Assembly (NCBI GenBank): GCA_963789955.1
Contig: CAWBMV010000022.1
Span: 288,001 to 352,000 of the forward strand
Reading direction: 5' to 3'
DNA from: an uncultured Candidatus Rokubacteria bacterium
Lineage (GTDB): Bacteria; Methylomirabilota; Methylomirabilia; Rokubacteriales; CSP1-6
Length of the DNA stretch: 64,000 nt
Shown here piece by piece: positions 1-10,027 of the stretch (its first letter is position 1; every line of letters starts with the position of its first letter). Below the pieces are notes generated by a model. It saw nothing but the letters and a program-made list of their open reading frames with translations, ran no database searches and was not told the origin of the DNA. Position numbers and translations under genes: made by a program.

Positions 1-1
1 C

Positions 2-567
2 GCAAGAGGCTTCCGTGTCACAGGCTCGGACCTCTCCGCCGGTGCGGTGAGCCGGGCGCGACGCGAAGCGACGGTCCGGCGCCTGCCGCTCGCCTCTCTG
101 GTCGCCGACTTCCGGGCGCTGCCAGTGCGGTCGGCAACGTTCGACGTCGTGTTGATCTGTGACAATGCCCTACCCCATCTCGACAGCGAGGCGGACATCA
201 AGGGTGCGCTTGCTGAGTGCCTTCGCTGCGTACGGCGGGGTGGTGGATGCCTGATCTCGATGCGTGACTACGGACCACCGCCGCCGTCCGGCACGGTCGA
301 GGTGCGCCCGTATGGCGAGCGTCATTGGGCAGGTCGCCGGTATCATCTGCGTCAGGTGTGGACATGGCACGGCCCGCGATATGACCTGTCGTTCGAGTTC
401 ACGCCAGTAGACGGAGCCGACGCAGAGGCCACATCCTGAAAAGCAACTATCTCGCAATCCCCGTGGAGCAGGTCACCGGATTGATGGGGACAGTTGGTTT
501 CGAGAATGTTCGACGTGTGGACGGACGGTTCTTTCAACCAGTGCTGATCGGCACGCGGCCGGCATGA
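2..567 (+). CDS. Class I SAM-dependent methyltransferase, 5' truncated by window edge, frameshift near 432
   Basis: Frame reads ARGFRVTGSDLSAGAVSRARREA...FDVVLICDNALPHL...GGCLISMRDY; after ~432 another frame continues ILKSNYLAIPVEQVTGLMGTVGFENVRRVDGRFFQPVLIGTRPA* to 567. Confidence 0.8.
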
Positions 568-1071
568 CCCTCCAGCGTGTTGAACGCTATGTCAGCGAGC
601 AACATGCCCGCGGCATCGTCCTGAGAATGGGCCAGCGTCGACGTGCCCTGGGCGTCGCGCTCTTGGCACTCGCTGTTCTTTCGCAAGCGGGTGGTTTGGG
701 CCGGATGCAGAGACCAGGTCTCGATCACGTCGTTCCAAAGAGCACGCCTCGAGGAGATCCGAGCGTACGCCCCTGAATTGGTCACTAGCTGGTTGTTGGC
801 CTCAGGACCGGGCGCTATCGGCTCCGTTCTACTGGCTCTGGTTCGGCTGTGTTTTCACTCGTCTTCAGCATGGGACTGCTCGGCGCCCTGATACCACGAG
901 AAGCGCTGACCGGCAGTCGTGAAGCGGTTCCTCGAGGCTTTGCGGTCGGTGCTGACGCTGCGACGTCGATGAGCGTCTACGGAGGAGCTCCGCGTCGGCT
1001 GCAGCGATCCGCGTTGGCCAGAGCGACGAAATAATGGAGGTGCGGCCAGACCTGGCTATCTGGAGGAACGG

Positions 1072-2001
1072 ATGGACAAGCCTCGCATCTTCTTGGGTTC
1101 GTCAGGAAAGCAGGAGAAGCTGCTGCTGGCACTGACGCGCGGTCTCGAAGAGGTCGCGCACGTAGAACCGTGGACGACATCTTTCAATCCGGGGACCACC
1201 ACACTGGAACGCCTCTTCGAGCTTACCCATGAAGTCGACTTCGCCGCATTCGTGTTCGCTCAGGACGACTGGACGACCAACAACCCGCAGGGATCGCCGG
1301 CTCCGGGGGCCGGGCAGGCTTCTCCGCGAGACAACGTGGTCTTCGAGGCCGGCCTCTTTGGGGGAGCTCTCGGCATGCGCCGAACCTTCATCCTCCACGC
1401 GAGCGGCGCGAAGCTTCCAAGCGATCTCTTCGGCCTCACGTGCGTACGGTACGGCGAAGCGACCACCGAAGACGAGATAAAGGTCATCAACGAAAAGCTT
1501 CGGAAGGCGATCGAGAGCGAGGGCCGCGTGGCTCGCATCGAAGGCCTGTGGTGGCAGTTTTCCCTGACGGAGCGTACCGCACGGGAGCCCTCCGCCGTGA
1601 GCCTTCTGAAGATTTCGCGAGACCGCGCCGGCGCGCTGGAGCTGGCTGGCCGGTCATGGCAAGAGGATGGCAGCCTGTCGGCGAGATACTGGAGCGAAGC
1701 GGTGAAGGAGAGGAAAGAGCCTTCGGGCATCTTCTACTACTGGAAGGGAGAACGGCCGCTGAACCCGAACGCGCCGCAGCTGGATGGGACGGGGGAGATC
1801 CGGATGGAATCTGCCGAGCGCGCGTCCGGATACTTCACGACTCGTGCGGACACGCACCCAAGAGTGAACACGCGGACGTCGGGTGTCTACTGGCGCGCCG
1901 ATCCAGAAGACCTGAGCATCATGGACGGCCGCGACGAGCGGAAACGCGCGGAGCTGATCGCAGAGCGGCTGAAGCATTGGAAGTCGATCAAGAACGCCTG
2001 A
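1072..2001 (+). CDS. TIR-like (CAP12/Pycsar-type nucleotide-binding) domain protein with beta-rich C-terminal domain
   Basis: N-terminus KPRIFLGSS...VEPWTTSFNPGTTTLERL...DFAAFVFAQDD...PRDNVVFEAGLFGGALGMRRTFIL...KLPSDL matches the prokaryotic TIR-like family; GGAGG RBS upstream. Confidence 0.85.
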   Translation: MDKPRIFLGSSGKQEKLLLALTRGLEEVAHVEPWTTSFNPGTTTLERLFELTHEVDFAAFVFAQDDWTTNNPQGSPAPGAGQASPRDNVVFEAGLFGGALGMRRTFILHASGAKLPSDLFGLTCVRYGEATTEDEIKVINEKLRKAIESEGRVARIEGLWWQFSLTERTAREPSAVSLLKISRDRAGALELAGRSWQEDGSLSARYWSEAVKERKEPSGIFYYWKGERPLNPNAPQLDGTGEIRMESAERASGYFTTRADTHPRVNTRTSGVYWRADPEDLSIMDGRDERKRAELIAERLKHWKSIKNA

Positions 2002-2742
2002 GCGCGGACGGATTCCTTGTGGTGCGGGGTGCTGTGGCTCCGGACACGGTACGTGCGTGCGTGGACGTCATCGAAGACGAACTGCGGGCACGAGCGGTCG
2101 ATCCTCGCGATCCCAAGACCTGGACCCAGCCCGTCGTCCGTCTCCCGTAGCCCCGAAGGTCCCGCTTTCGCAGCAGCGGGCACCTCGCCGGCGCTCCGGG
2201 AAACGTACGACGCGCTCCTCGGACCAGGCTGTTGGATTCCGCGCGAAGGAGTCGGTGGGACCATTCCGGTTCGGTTCCCAAGCACGAAGGATCCGGGAGA
2301 CGCCGGTTGGCACATCGACGGCAGCTACGACGTGGATGGACAGTGGTGGGTCAACGTGCACAGTCGAGGCCGTGGGCTCTTGGCGCTGTTCCTGTTCACG
2401 GACGTCAGCGATGCGGATGCACCGACGGAGATCCTGGTGGGGTCTCATCTCGACGTTCCCCGCGTGCTCGCACCATATGGCGCCCAGGGTGTGTTCTTCG
2501 GCGACGTGACCGGAGAGCTACCGGCTTCGACCTTCCAACGCTCGCGTGCCCGAGCGACTGGCCGAGCCGGTGACGTGTATGTCTGCCATCCATTCCTCGT
2601 TCATCGCGCGACGTGGCCGCATCGCGGCTCCGGACCGCGCATGGTCGCCCAACCCGCAATCGCGCTTCGCGAGCCGTTCGCGCTACGTGACGGCGCCGCC
2701 GTGTGCGCGGTCGAACGGGCGATCCTTCGCGGTCTCCGGTGA
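1977..2742 (+). CDS. Phytanoyl-CoA dioxygenase (PhyH) family Fe/2OG dioxygenase, frameshift near 2148
   Basis: DGFLVVRGAV...DPKTWTQPVVRLP in one frame, then GWHIDGS...LLALFLFTDV...VGSH...GRAGDVYVCHPFLVHRA (HxD...H triad) in the next; start uncertain. Confidence 0.75.
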
Positions 2743-2788
2743 CCGTTGCGCGTTTGCCGAATGGCTCACCGGGAGGCTGATCGTGGGC

Positions 2789-3369
2789 ATGCGCGTGAAG
2801 GCGGCCGACTTCCAAAAGCTCGACCTGCGCTGCCACGCGCTTCTCAGCGACGCGCCGCTCCACGACGTCTGGGCGATCCCGCTGAACGGCGGGGGCCCAG
2901 GGCGCACCGTCCAGGACGCGCGCGCGGCCTTGTTCGGCGACCGCCGTCCACACACGAATCGTCGCGGTTCGAGGCCTATTCGCGTTGCGATTCGCGCTCG
3001 GTCGCGCGTTCGGATGGGATGCCGAGCGCCATGATCCGCCCGGCGTGTCGTACGTCCATCGTCTTTCTGAAGCCGATCGCGCGCAGTCTCAGGTTGCTCC
3101 GGGAGACTCGCGACGGCCCGTTTCGAGTGCTCTACGTCTTCGGTAACGAAGCCGTCTACGAGCTGCGCAATGCGACCGTGCATGCCTTCCTGGCGCTCGT
3201 TCTCACGCCGAGCCCCGGAGGGTACACGCTCTACCTGGCGATCTACGTGAAGCCGGTGAGTCGGTTCACTGCGCTCTACATGGCCCTGATCGATCCGTTT
3301 CGCCGTCTCATTGTCTACCCAGACCTTGGTAGGCATGCCCAGCGACGCTGGTCGCGCACGTATGCGTAG
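2789..3369 (+). CDS. DUF2867-like protein, frameshifted
   Basis: MRVKAADF...PLHDVWAIPLNGGG joins GPFRVLYVFGNEAVYELRNATVHAFL...YLAIYVKPVSRFTALYMALIDPFRRLIVYP across frame changes. Confidence 0.65.
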
Positions 3370-3634
3370 GCGCGGCCACTCATGAAGAAGGTGGGATTCG
3401 CGGCGGCTGACACGTTGATCCACGTTGATCTGCCGCTGCTCACTCACTGCCGGTGGGTCACCAAGCGCCTCGTCAAGGGCATGTTCGTGACTCCAGAGGG
3501 CTGGCCGGAAGATAGCCCCATCTGGAGTAGCACGATGAACAGCTACCGTGTGCTTTGGCTCCGACTATCCTCTTGGGAGTAGTCGCGCTGCCGTTCTACA
3601 GTTCTAGGGAGAGCACGCATTAGGAGGGGACGGC

Positions 3635-4291
3635 ATGTCGAGATGGCTCTTCTCGGTCTGTCTCGGGCTCATTCTGGTTTCGCAGGCGACGTACGCGCAG
3701 ACTCCGTCAGCGGCGAGCACGGCGGACCGCCGTCACCCCTTCGTGCAGCACGCGGAAAGCCGCTACCGGCAATACCTCGCGTCAGAAAACCTCGGAGACA
3801 CCGCCGCGTACAAGGAGGTCCGCACGCGCCAGGCGTATGAGGGCACGCTGGAGCAGCTCAAGAAACTGGGGAAAGCGGACAGCGATCTGGGGCCCATGCT
3901 GAAGGTCGCCGCCCGCTGGCAGACTGATATGTCCCAGCTCACGTTCGTGCGCTGCGATGCGACGACACGGGTTGCCCGGTTGCTCTACAAACGCGAGGGC
4001 AGTGGCCCGAAGGGGCCAACCTTGGAGTTCGCCGCGTTCATGATCCACTGGGACGACGGCGCATGGCGAATCGGGTGGGTTGCCCAGTCGAGCGGCGCTG
4101 CAACGCGGTCCAATGGCGAGAAACGCACCGCGGACGAGCTGCTGGGCGATCCGCGCTTTGCGCTCAACTCTACGCCTGCGACCACGCGATGCTCACTCGA
4201 TGGTCGCACTGGACTTCTCCACGCGGGAGTGACCACAGAGCATGATTCTGGAAGTCGCGATCTTGAACGTGCGGCCCGGCCGCGCTGCTGA
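3635..4291 (+). CDS. Hypothetical secreted protein (possible NTF2-like fold)
   Basis: AGGAGG RBS, signal peptide MSRWLFSVCLGLILVSQATYAQ, C-terminal FMIHWDDGAWRI motif; 3' end may be frameshift-extended. Confidence 0.55.
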   Translation: MSRWLFSVCLGLILVSQATYAQTPSAASTADRRHPFVQHAESRYRQYLASENLGDTAAYKEVRTRQAYEGTLEQLKKLGKADSDLGPMLKVAARWQTDMSQLTFVRCDATTRVARLLYKREGSGPKGPTLEFAAFMIHWDDGAWRIGWVAQSSGAATRSNGEKRTADELLGDPRFALNSTPATTRCSLDGRTGLLHAGVTTEHDSGSRDLERAARPRC

Positions 4292-4535
4292 GTTCGAGCA
4301 GGCGTTTCAGCAGGCTCAGCGGATTATCTCGTCCATGGTCGGCTACGTCTCTCATGAGCTTCAGCGCTGCCTCGAAGTGCAGAACAAGTACGTGCTGCTC
4401 GTTCGGTGGCGGCGGCTCGAAGATCATACGGAAGGCTTTCGCAAGTCCGCGGAGTATCAAGAATGGAGGCGCCTCCTCCATCACTTCTACGATCCGTTTC
4501 CGACCGTCGAGCACTATGAGTCGGTGGATGGATAG
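4242..4535 (+). CDS. Antibiotic biosynthesis monooxygenase (ABM) family protein
   Basis: MILEVAILNVRPGRAAEFEQAF...HELQRCLE...YVLLVRW..LEDHTEGFRKSAEYQEWRRLLHHFYDPFPTVEHY. Confidence 0.9.
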   Translation: MILEVAILNVRPGRAAEFEQAFQQAQRIISSMVGYVSHELQRCLEVQNKYVLLVRWRRLEDHTEGFRKSAEYQEWRRLLHHFYDPFPTVEHYESVDG

Positions 4536-5012
4536 TGGTTCGAAGCACGGCGGGGTCCGTGCCCTCATTGCGCTGTTTGCTGTGGTCGCGATCGGCCTCA
4601 TGCCCGCCGCCGCTGCAGATGTGGGCGCCGCTCCGCATGCCTACTATCTCTTTCTCGTGGGTGCGCCGCAGGGGTGCGAAGACTGCTACGTCCCTCTCCT
4701 CATCACACATAGGCCCCTGGGCGAAGTCGCGTCTTCGGGGCGCGATAGCGCGGTCGTCCTCATCACGACCTACGAACGCGATTCGATCTGGAAACTCGAA
4801 CGAGATGTCCCGCTCGCTCCCGCTGACATCTCGGCGCCGGATCGAGTAGTTCGTCTCCGGGGCCGACGGTATCGGTGGCAGGGGTTGCTCCAGCGGAAGT
4901 CCTCCGCCTGCTCGAGAAACCGGAGGGCTCGATTCCGATACATCGGGTCACGCCGGTACCCGACAAGAAGTCGCTCGAAGATCTCATCGCGGCCTTTCGA
5001 GGGCGGAGCTGA
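4528..5012 (+). CDS. Hypothetical exported protein with CxxC motif, frameshift near 4882
   Basis: Signal-like LIALFAVVAIGLMPAAAA, GCEDCYVP; continues VAPAEVLRLLEKPEG...IAAFRGRS* after a GGGG run. Confidence 0.5.
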
Positions 5013-5013
5013 C

Positions 5014-5416
5014 ATGCTGAGCCTCGATAGTCCCCGTTGGCGAGAGCTGCAACACGCCTACGGCTCGGCGGCTGACATCCCCCCGCTCTTGCGCGCGCTC
5101 GAGTCCCTGCCTCCCTCGGCGGGGCGGGAGGAGCCGTGGTTTACCCTGTGGAGCGCTCTCGCGCACCAGGGCGATGTCTATTCGGCCTCCTTCGCCGCCG
5201 TTCCGCACGTCATCCGCGCCCTATCGATCGCCCCGGCGAGGGCTCACTTCAGCTTCTTTCAGTTTCCGGCGTGGGTAGAGATAGGACGAAAACTTCCTGG
5301 CCTGTGCCTTGACTGCGATCGCGGCCGCGAAGGGCTTTCCCGCCGTTGCTGAGGCCGTGCAGGAGCTCACGCCGCTCGTCGCGGCGGAGTTTCTCGAGTG
5401 GTTCCGTGCGCGCTGA
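5014..5416 (+). pseudogene. HEAT-repeat-like hypothetical protein with frameshift and probable internal deletion near 5283
   Basis: RWRELQHAYGSAADIPPLL...LWSALAHQGDVYSASFAAVPH, then out-of-frame DENFLACALTAIAAAKG...EFLEWFRAR*. Confidence 0.55.
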
Positions 5417-5422
5417 CGTCAC

Positions 5423-6145
5423 ATGAACGCCTCCGCGGTCGTCACGGCGGGATTCGTTCTTCTGCCGCTCCTCGTGAGTGTCGGATTCGTTCTCGCATGC
5501 GAGTGGGCCGGCCGACGTCTCGGCGAGGACGCCGGCGCGCGCCGGCGTCGCGCAACGCGCCTCGGCGCGGCCGTCTTCGCGTGGCTGCTGATCACCGCGA
5601 TCATCGCAGCCACCGGTGTGCTGCGGCGATTCGATGCGACACCCCCTCCATTCGCCGGCCTGGTGCTCGCGGTCCTTATCCTCGGCGTCGCCGTCCCCCT
5701 CTCGCCCGTGGGGACCTTGCTCGTTCGCGGCTTGCCGCTCTGGTTGCTGGTCGGCTTTCAGGTCTTCCGATTCCCGCTCGAGCTCCTGATGCACCGGGCC
5801 TACGTCGAAGGTGTGATGCCGGTGCAGATGAGCTACTCGGGCCGGAACTACGACATCGTGACCGGGATCACCGCCGGCGTGCTCGGGCTGTGGCTGGCCC
5901 GGCGGCCGGTGCAGCGCTGGGTCGTGATGTCCTGGAATATTCTCGGCTTCGTGCTCCTCGCGAACATCGTCACCATTGCGATCGTCTCGACGCCGGTGTT
6001 CGGCTGGTTCGGCCGCGAGCGCTTGAACACCTTCGTGACCTATCCGCCGTTCGTCTGGCTGCCGGCGATTCTGGTCACGGCCGCGCTGATGGGTCACATC
6101 CTGGTGTGGCGTTGGCTGTCCGAGACCGCTAGAATCCTCCCGTGA
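5423..6145 (+). CDS. Integral membrane hypothetical protein
   Basis: About 7 hydrophobic segments; GFQVFRFPLELLMH, MSYSGRNYDIVTGI, YPPFVWLPAILV motifs. Confidence 0.75.
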   Translation: MNASAVVTAGFVLLPLLVSVGFVLACEWAGRRLGEDAGARRRRATRLGAAVFAWLLITAIIAATGVLRRFDATPPPFAGLVLAVLILGVAVPLSPVGTLLVRGLPLWLLVGFQVFRFPLELLMHRAYVEGVMPVQMSYSGRNYDIVTGITAGVLGLWLARRPVQRWVVMSWNILGFVLLANIVTIAIVSTPVFGWFGRERLNTFVTYPPFVWLPAILVTAALMGHILVWRWLSETARILP

Positions 6146-7157
6146 TCTTCGTGCCGTTGGCCGCGAACAAGGTCGACGGATCCTCGCGGAACACCAGGCC
6201 CTCCGGCTTGAACAGCATCTGGCCCTGCGCGCCGACCTTGTCGGCGAACTTGACGCGCTTCTTCGGGTTGAGGTGCTCGATGTTCGCGAGGAAATAGTCG
6301 AGGGGATAGGCTGTGTCCGGTTTCCCCGTCAACCCCTTGTCGAGCATGGCGGCGAACTCCTCCGACGTCAGCGGCCGCGGCACGGTCGACCAGAACGTGG
6401 CCTGCCGGCGGAAGATCTTCGGGAAGTTCGGCCTGCCACCATCCGGCAGCTTCGCGTTTTTGACGTTGCGCGTCGCGTCGAAGGGCTGCAACTTCTTCGA
6501 GAGCGCCTTCCCGGGCCGCGCGCCGAGCGCCTGACCGACCTTCCACGCGTCGACGATCGTCCGGACCTCGGTGTCGGTCATCGAGTCGTAGAGCAGCGGA
6601 TAGGCCCAGCCATTCTCGACCAGCCACGTATTGATGCTCTGGCCGCTCGCGGTGCCCACGATGATGTCGCCCACGAATCGTCCGTGCGAGTCGACGGCGT
6701 CGGCCGGCCGGTCGATCTGCGTGAGGAAGGTCGCGTGCATGACGGTGCCGTCGCCCGCGCCCATCAGCGACTTCAAGTGTGCGTGCAGCGCATTCGCGGC
6801 GCCCGCGCCGTAGAGCTGGCGAAACTCGTTCGTAAACTTGCCCCGCTTCGACGGATCCCACTTGGTCATGACAGGGTAGTGGAGCTCGGGCGTGTCGATG
6901 CCTTGCAGGCGGATCTTGATCTCGTTCTTCGAGGTGATCACGTTCTTCTTGCGGCCATGATCGTTCACGTAGGCGCCGGTGAACCTCGCGGTCTTCTTCG
7001 GATGGGCGCCGGCGGAGGTCTTGAACAAGAACGAGGTGGCGGGATCGACCTTTAGGTGCACCGTGTCGCCGTCGGACGAGCTGTTCCCCTTGGTGGCGGG
7101 CCAGAACTGTTTGATATCCAGACTTCCCACGACCGTGAGTAACCCTTTGGGCTTCAT
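6129..7157 (-). CDS. Thermonuclease (SNase-like) family nuclease without signal peptide
   Basis: SDGDTV, IRLQGIDTPELH, DSHGRFVG, INTWLVENGWA motifs; GGAGGAG RBS before ATG at 7157. Confidence 0.85.
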   Translation of the reverse strand: MKPKGLLTVVGSLDIKQFWPATKGNSSSDGDTVHLKVDPATSFLFKTSAGAHPKKTARFTGAYVNDHGRKKNVITSKNEIKIRLQGIDTPELHYPVMTKWDPSKRGKFTNEFRQLYGAGAANALHAHLKSLMGAGDGTVMHATFLTQIDRPADAVDSHGRFVGDIIVGTASGQSINTWLVENGWAYPLLYDSMTDTEVRTIVDAWKVGQALGARPGKALSKKLQPFDATRNVKNAKLPDGGRPNFPKIFRRQATFWSTVPRPLTSEEFAAMLDKGLTGKPDTAYPLDYFLANIEHLNPKKRVKFADKVGAQGQMLFKPEGLVFREDPSTLFAANGTKITGGF

Positions 7158-7474
7158 GATCGCTCTCCTCCCGCCCGGCGCGCGGCGGCCGGGACTTCCC
7201 CCGCTCTCCTCCCTAGCAGACAAGCGTCCCCAAGATCAATCGCGGTGCGTGTTTGCCCGGCCATGCTGCGAACGCCGTAAATAAGTGTTCCCTTCGCCGC
7301 GACGGCAGCGTACAAAGGGCAGGTTCTTTTGATTTGCGCCGTTTGAAGCACGATCCCTGATCCAAGGTCCCAGTCAGTACCGATGTCTCGATCCTCCTGA
7401 TTGTGGAGGTGAGCGATGGGGCGAACCTGGCTCAGTTTTCGGCGACCTATTGCATGGCCCATTGGAGCGGGCCG

Positions 7475-8451
7475 GTGGTGAGACCCGCGCGTATTCGAGT
7501 GACCACGGTTGCGGCCGTCTTGTTTTTCGTGGCACCGCTCGTGGCCGAGGCCCAGAGCACCAAGGTCTGGCGCGTCGGCTACCTGACTCCCGTGATCGCC
7601 AACGGAAACCCGCGGCTCGTCGCCTTCCAGCAGCGTCTGCGTGAGCTGGGCTACGTCGAGCCGCAGAACATCGTCCTCGACATACGATCCGCCGACGGCA
7701 ACCCCGGGCGATACCCCGATCTAGCGGCCGATCTCGTGCGTCTCAAGGTCGATATCATCGTCGCGGACGGCAACGCGGCCATCGAGGCGGCCCGGCAGGC
7801 GACTGCATCGATCCCGATTATCATGACGACGGCGACTGATCCCGTCGCCGCGGGCTTTGCGACGAGCGTGTCGCGACCTCGGGGCAATATCACGGGCTGA
7901 CCATCCAGAGCTCGGACCTGGTCGGCAAGGCGCTCCAGTTTCTGAAGGAGGTCGTGCCGAACCTGTTCCGGGTCGCTGTGCTGTGGGAGCCGGGACTGCC
8001 GCGCATGTCGGGCGAGCTTGATATCGCCGCCGGGCGTCTGGGGTTACAGCTCCAACCGGTCGATGTCCGCGACCTCAGCGAGCTCGAAGGCGCCATCACC
8101 GACGCCACCAAGAACGGTTCTGGCGCCGCCGTGATCATGGCCGGCGACGTCGCGTTTTCCCATCGTACGCGGATCGCGGAGCTCGCCATCAAACGTCGCC
8201 TGCCGACCGTGGGCCTGCTGCCGGATTCCGCGGAGGCCGGGTGGCTCATGAGCTACGGGCCGCGTCTCAGCGATCAGCTTCGGCGTACCGCGGACTTCGT
8301 GGACCGGATCTTCAGGGGAGCCAAGCCGGCCGACCTTCCCATCGAGCATCCGACGAAGTTCTACTTCGTGGTCAACCTCAAGACCGCGAAAGCACTCGGT
8401 CTCAATATCCCGCCGCTGCTGCTGGAGCGGGCCGACGAGGTCATCAAGTAG
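7475..8451 (+). CDS. ABC transporter substrate-binding protein (ABC_sub_bind type), frameshift near 7895
   Basis: AEAQ..KVWRVGYL...LRELGYVE...LAADLVRLKVDIIVA...GNITG / LMSYGP...VDRIFRGAKPADLPIEHPTKFYFVVNLKTAKALGL. Confidence 0.85.
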
Positions 8452-8467
8452 CGCGCGATGTAGAGTA

Positions 8468-10015
8468 ATGAAAGAGGAGGCCGTGATGATCAGAGGCGTC
8501 TTGGCGGCGGCCCTCGTTGTGCTGAGCCTGGCCGCGGGTGTCGGCCGGGTCGATGCGGCCCCGGAAGGTCAGGTGACCTGGGGGATTCACGTCTCGCTCG
8601 TCCCGACGTGGTTCGATCCCGCCGAAACGACCGGCATCGTGACGCCGTTCATGGTGATGTACGCGCTGCACGATGCGCTGGTGAAGCCCTTACCGGGCAA
8701 CCCGCTGACGCCCAGTCTGGCCGAATCGTGGACGCTCTCGGCCGATGGGCTCGTCTACGAGTTCGTCCTGCGCAACGGCGTGCGGTTTCACAACGGGGAT
8801 CCGGTGACCGCCGAGGACGTGAAGTTCTCCTTCGAGCGCTACCGGGGCGCTGCGAGCAAGACGTTCAAGGAGCGAGTGACGGCGGTCGAGACTCCGAGTC
8901 CCACACGCGTTCGTTTCCGCCTGAAAGAGCCGTGGCCCGACTTCCTCACCTTCTACTCGAGCGCGACCGGCGCGGGGTGGATCGTGCCCAAGAAGTACAT
9001 CGAGAAGGTCGGCGACGACGGCTTCAAGAAGGCTCCCATCGGCGCCGGCCCCTACCGCTTCGTGTCGTTCACCCCCGGTGTCGAGCTCGTGTTCGAGGCG
9101 GTCGACAAGTACTGGCGCAAGCCGCCGCACGTGAAGCGGCTGATCTTCAAGACGATCCCCGATCCGTCCACACGATTCGCGGCGCTCCGGCGCGGCGAGA
9201 TCGACATCAGCTACTGGATGACGGCCTCGCTCGGCGACGAGCTCCGGCGCACGCCGGGGCTCACGCTCAAGCCCTCGCTCGCGAACAACACCTACTGGGT
9301 CTACTTCGTCGAACAGTGGGATCCGAAGTCGCCGTGGCACGATCGCCGGGTGCGGCTCGCGGCGAACTACGCGATCGATCGGCAGGCGATCAACCAGGCG
9401 GAGACGCTCGGGTTCTCACGCATGAACTACAGCCTCATCCCGTCGCACTTCGAGTTCTTCTGGCAGCCGCCGGCCATTCCGTACGATCGGGCCCGCGCCA
9501 AGCAGCTGCTCGCGGAGGCCGGGTACCCCAACGGATTCGATGCGGGCGACTTCACGTGCGACGCCGTACACGCGGGTATCGCCGAGCCCGTGGCCAACGA
9601 CCTGCAGGCCGCCGGCTTTCGCCTGAAGCTCCGGCCGCTCGAGCGCGCGTCGTACAACAAGGGACAGGTCGAGAAGACGTTTCGAAACCTCGTGCTGAGT
9701 GCCAGCGCCGCGTTCGGCAACGCGCCGACCCGGCTCGAGGCGTTCGTGGTGGCCGGCGGCGCCTACGTATACGGGAGCTATCCGGACATCGACGGGCTCT
9801 TCAGGGAGCAGGCGACGGAGCTCGACCGCAAGCGCCGCGAGGCGACGCTGAATCGCATCCAGCAGCTCGTGCACGAGAAGGCCATGTTCGCGCCGATCTG
9901 GCAGTTCGCCGCGATGGGCGGCTTCGGCCCGCGCGTCGAGGAGTCGGGGCTCGGGTTGATCACCGGGTTTCCGTTCTCAGGTCCGTACGAGGACGTGAAG
10001 CTCAAGGCGAAGTGA
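8468..10015 (+). CDS. ABC transporter substrate-binding protein, family 5 (peptide/nickel type)
   Basis: Signal peptide; SLAESW...YEFVLRNGVRFHNGDPVTAEDVKFSFER, PIGAGPYRF, RVRLAANYAIDR. Confidence 0.92.
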   Translation: MKEEAVMIRGVLAAALVVLSLAAGVGRVDAAPEGQVTWGIHVSLVPTWFDPAETTGIVTPFMVMYALHDALVKPLPGNPLTPSLAESWTLSADGLVYEFVLRNGVRFHNGDPVTAEDVKFSFERYRGAASKTFKERVTAVETPSPTRVRFRLKEPWPDFLTFYSSATGAGWIVPKKYIEKVGDDGFKKAPIGAGPYRFVSFTPGVELVFEAVDKYWRKPPHVKRLIFKTIPDPSTRFAALRRGEIDISYWMTASLGDELRRTPGLTLKPSLANNTYWVYFVEQWDPKSPWHDRRVRLAANYAIDRQAINQAETLGFSRMNYSLIPSHFEFFWQPPAIPYDRARAKQLLAEAGYPNGFDAGDFTCDAVHAGIAEPVANDLQAAGFRLKLRPLERASYNKGQVEKTFRNLVLSASAAFGNAPTRLEAFVVAGGAYVYGSYPDIDGLFREQATELDRKRREATLNRIQQLVHEKAMFAPIWQFAAMGGFGPRVEESGLGLITGFPFSGPYEDVKLKAK

Positions 10016-10027
10016 CAGAGGTTATCC

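Noticed and set aside
564..1034. Short ORFs between the methyltransferase and TIR genes (and 3382..3582)
   Set aside because: No recognisable motifs; probably decayed fragments, cannot be supported as genes
1072..7157. TIR plus thermonuclease as a complete CBASS/Thoeris/Pycsar operon
   Set aside because: No cyclase or ThsA-like gene; the two are separated by unrelated genes and on opposite strands
7440..7453. CGGCGACCTATTGC as a sigma54 promoter
   Set aside because: GG-to-GC spacing is 9, not the required 10
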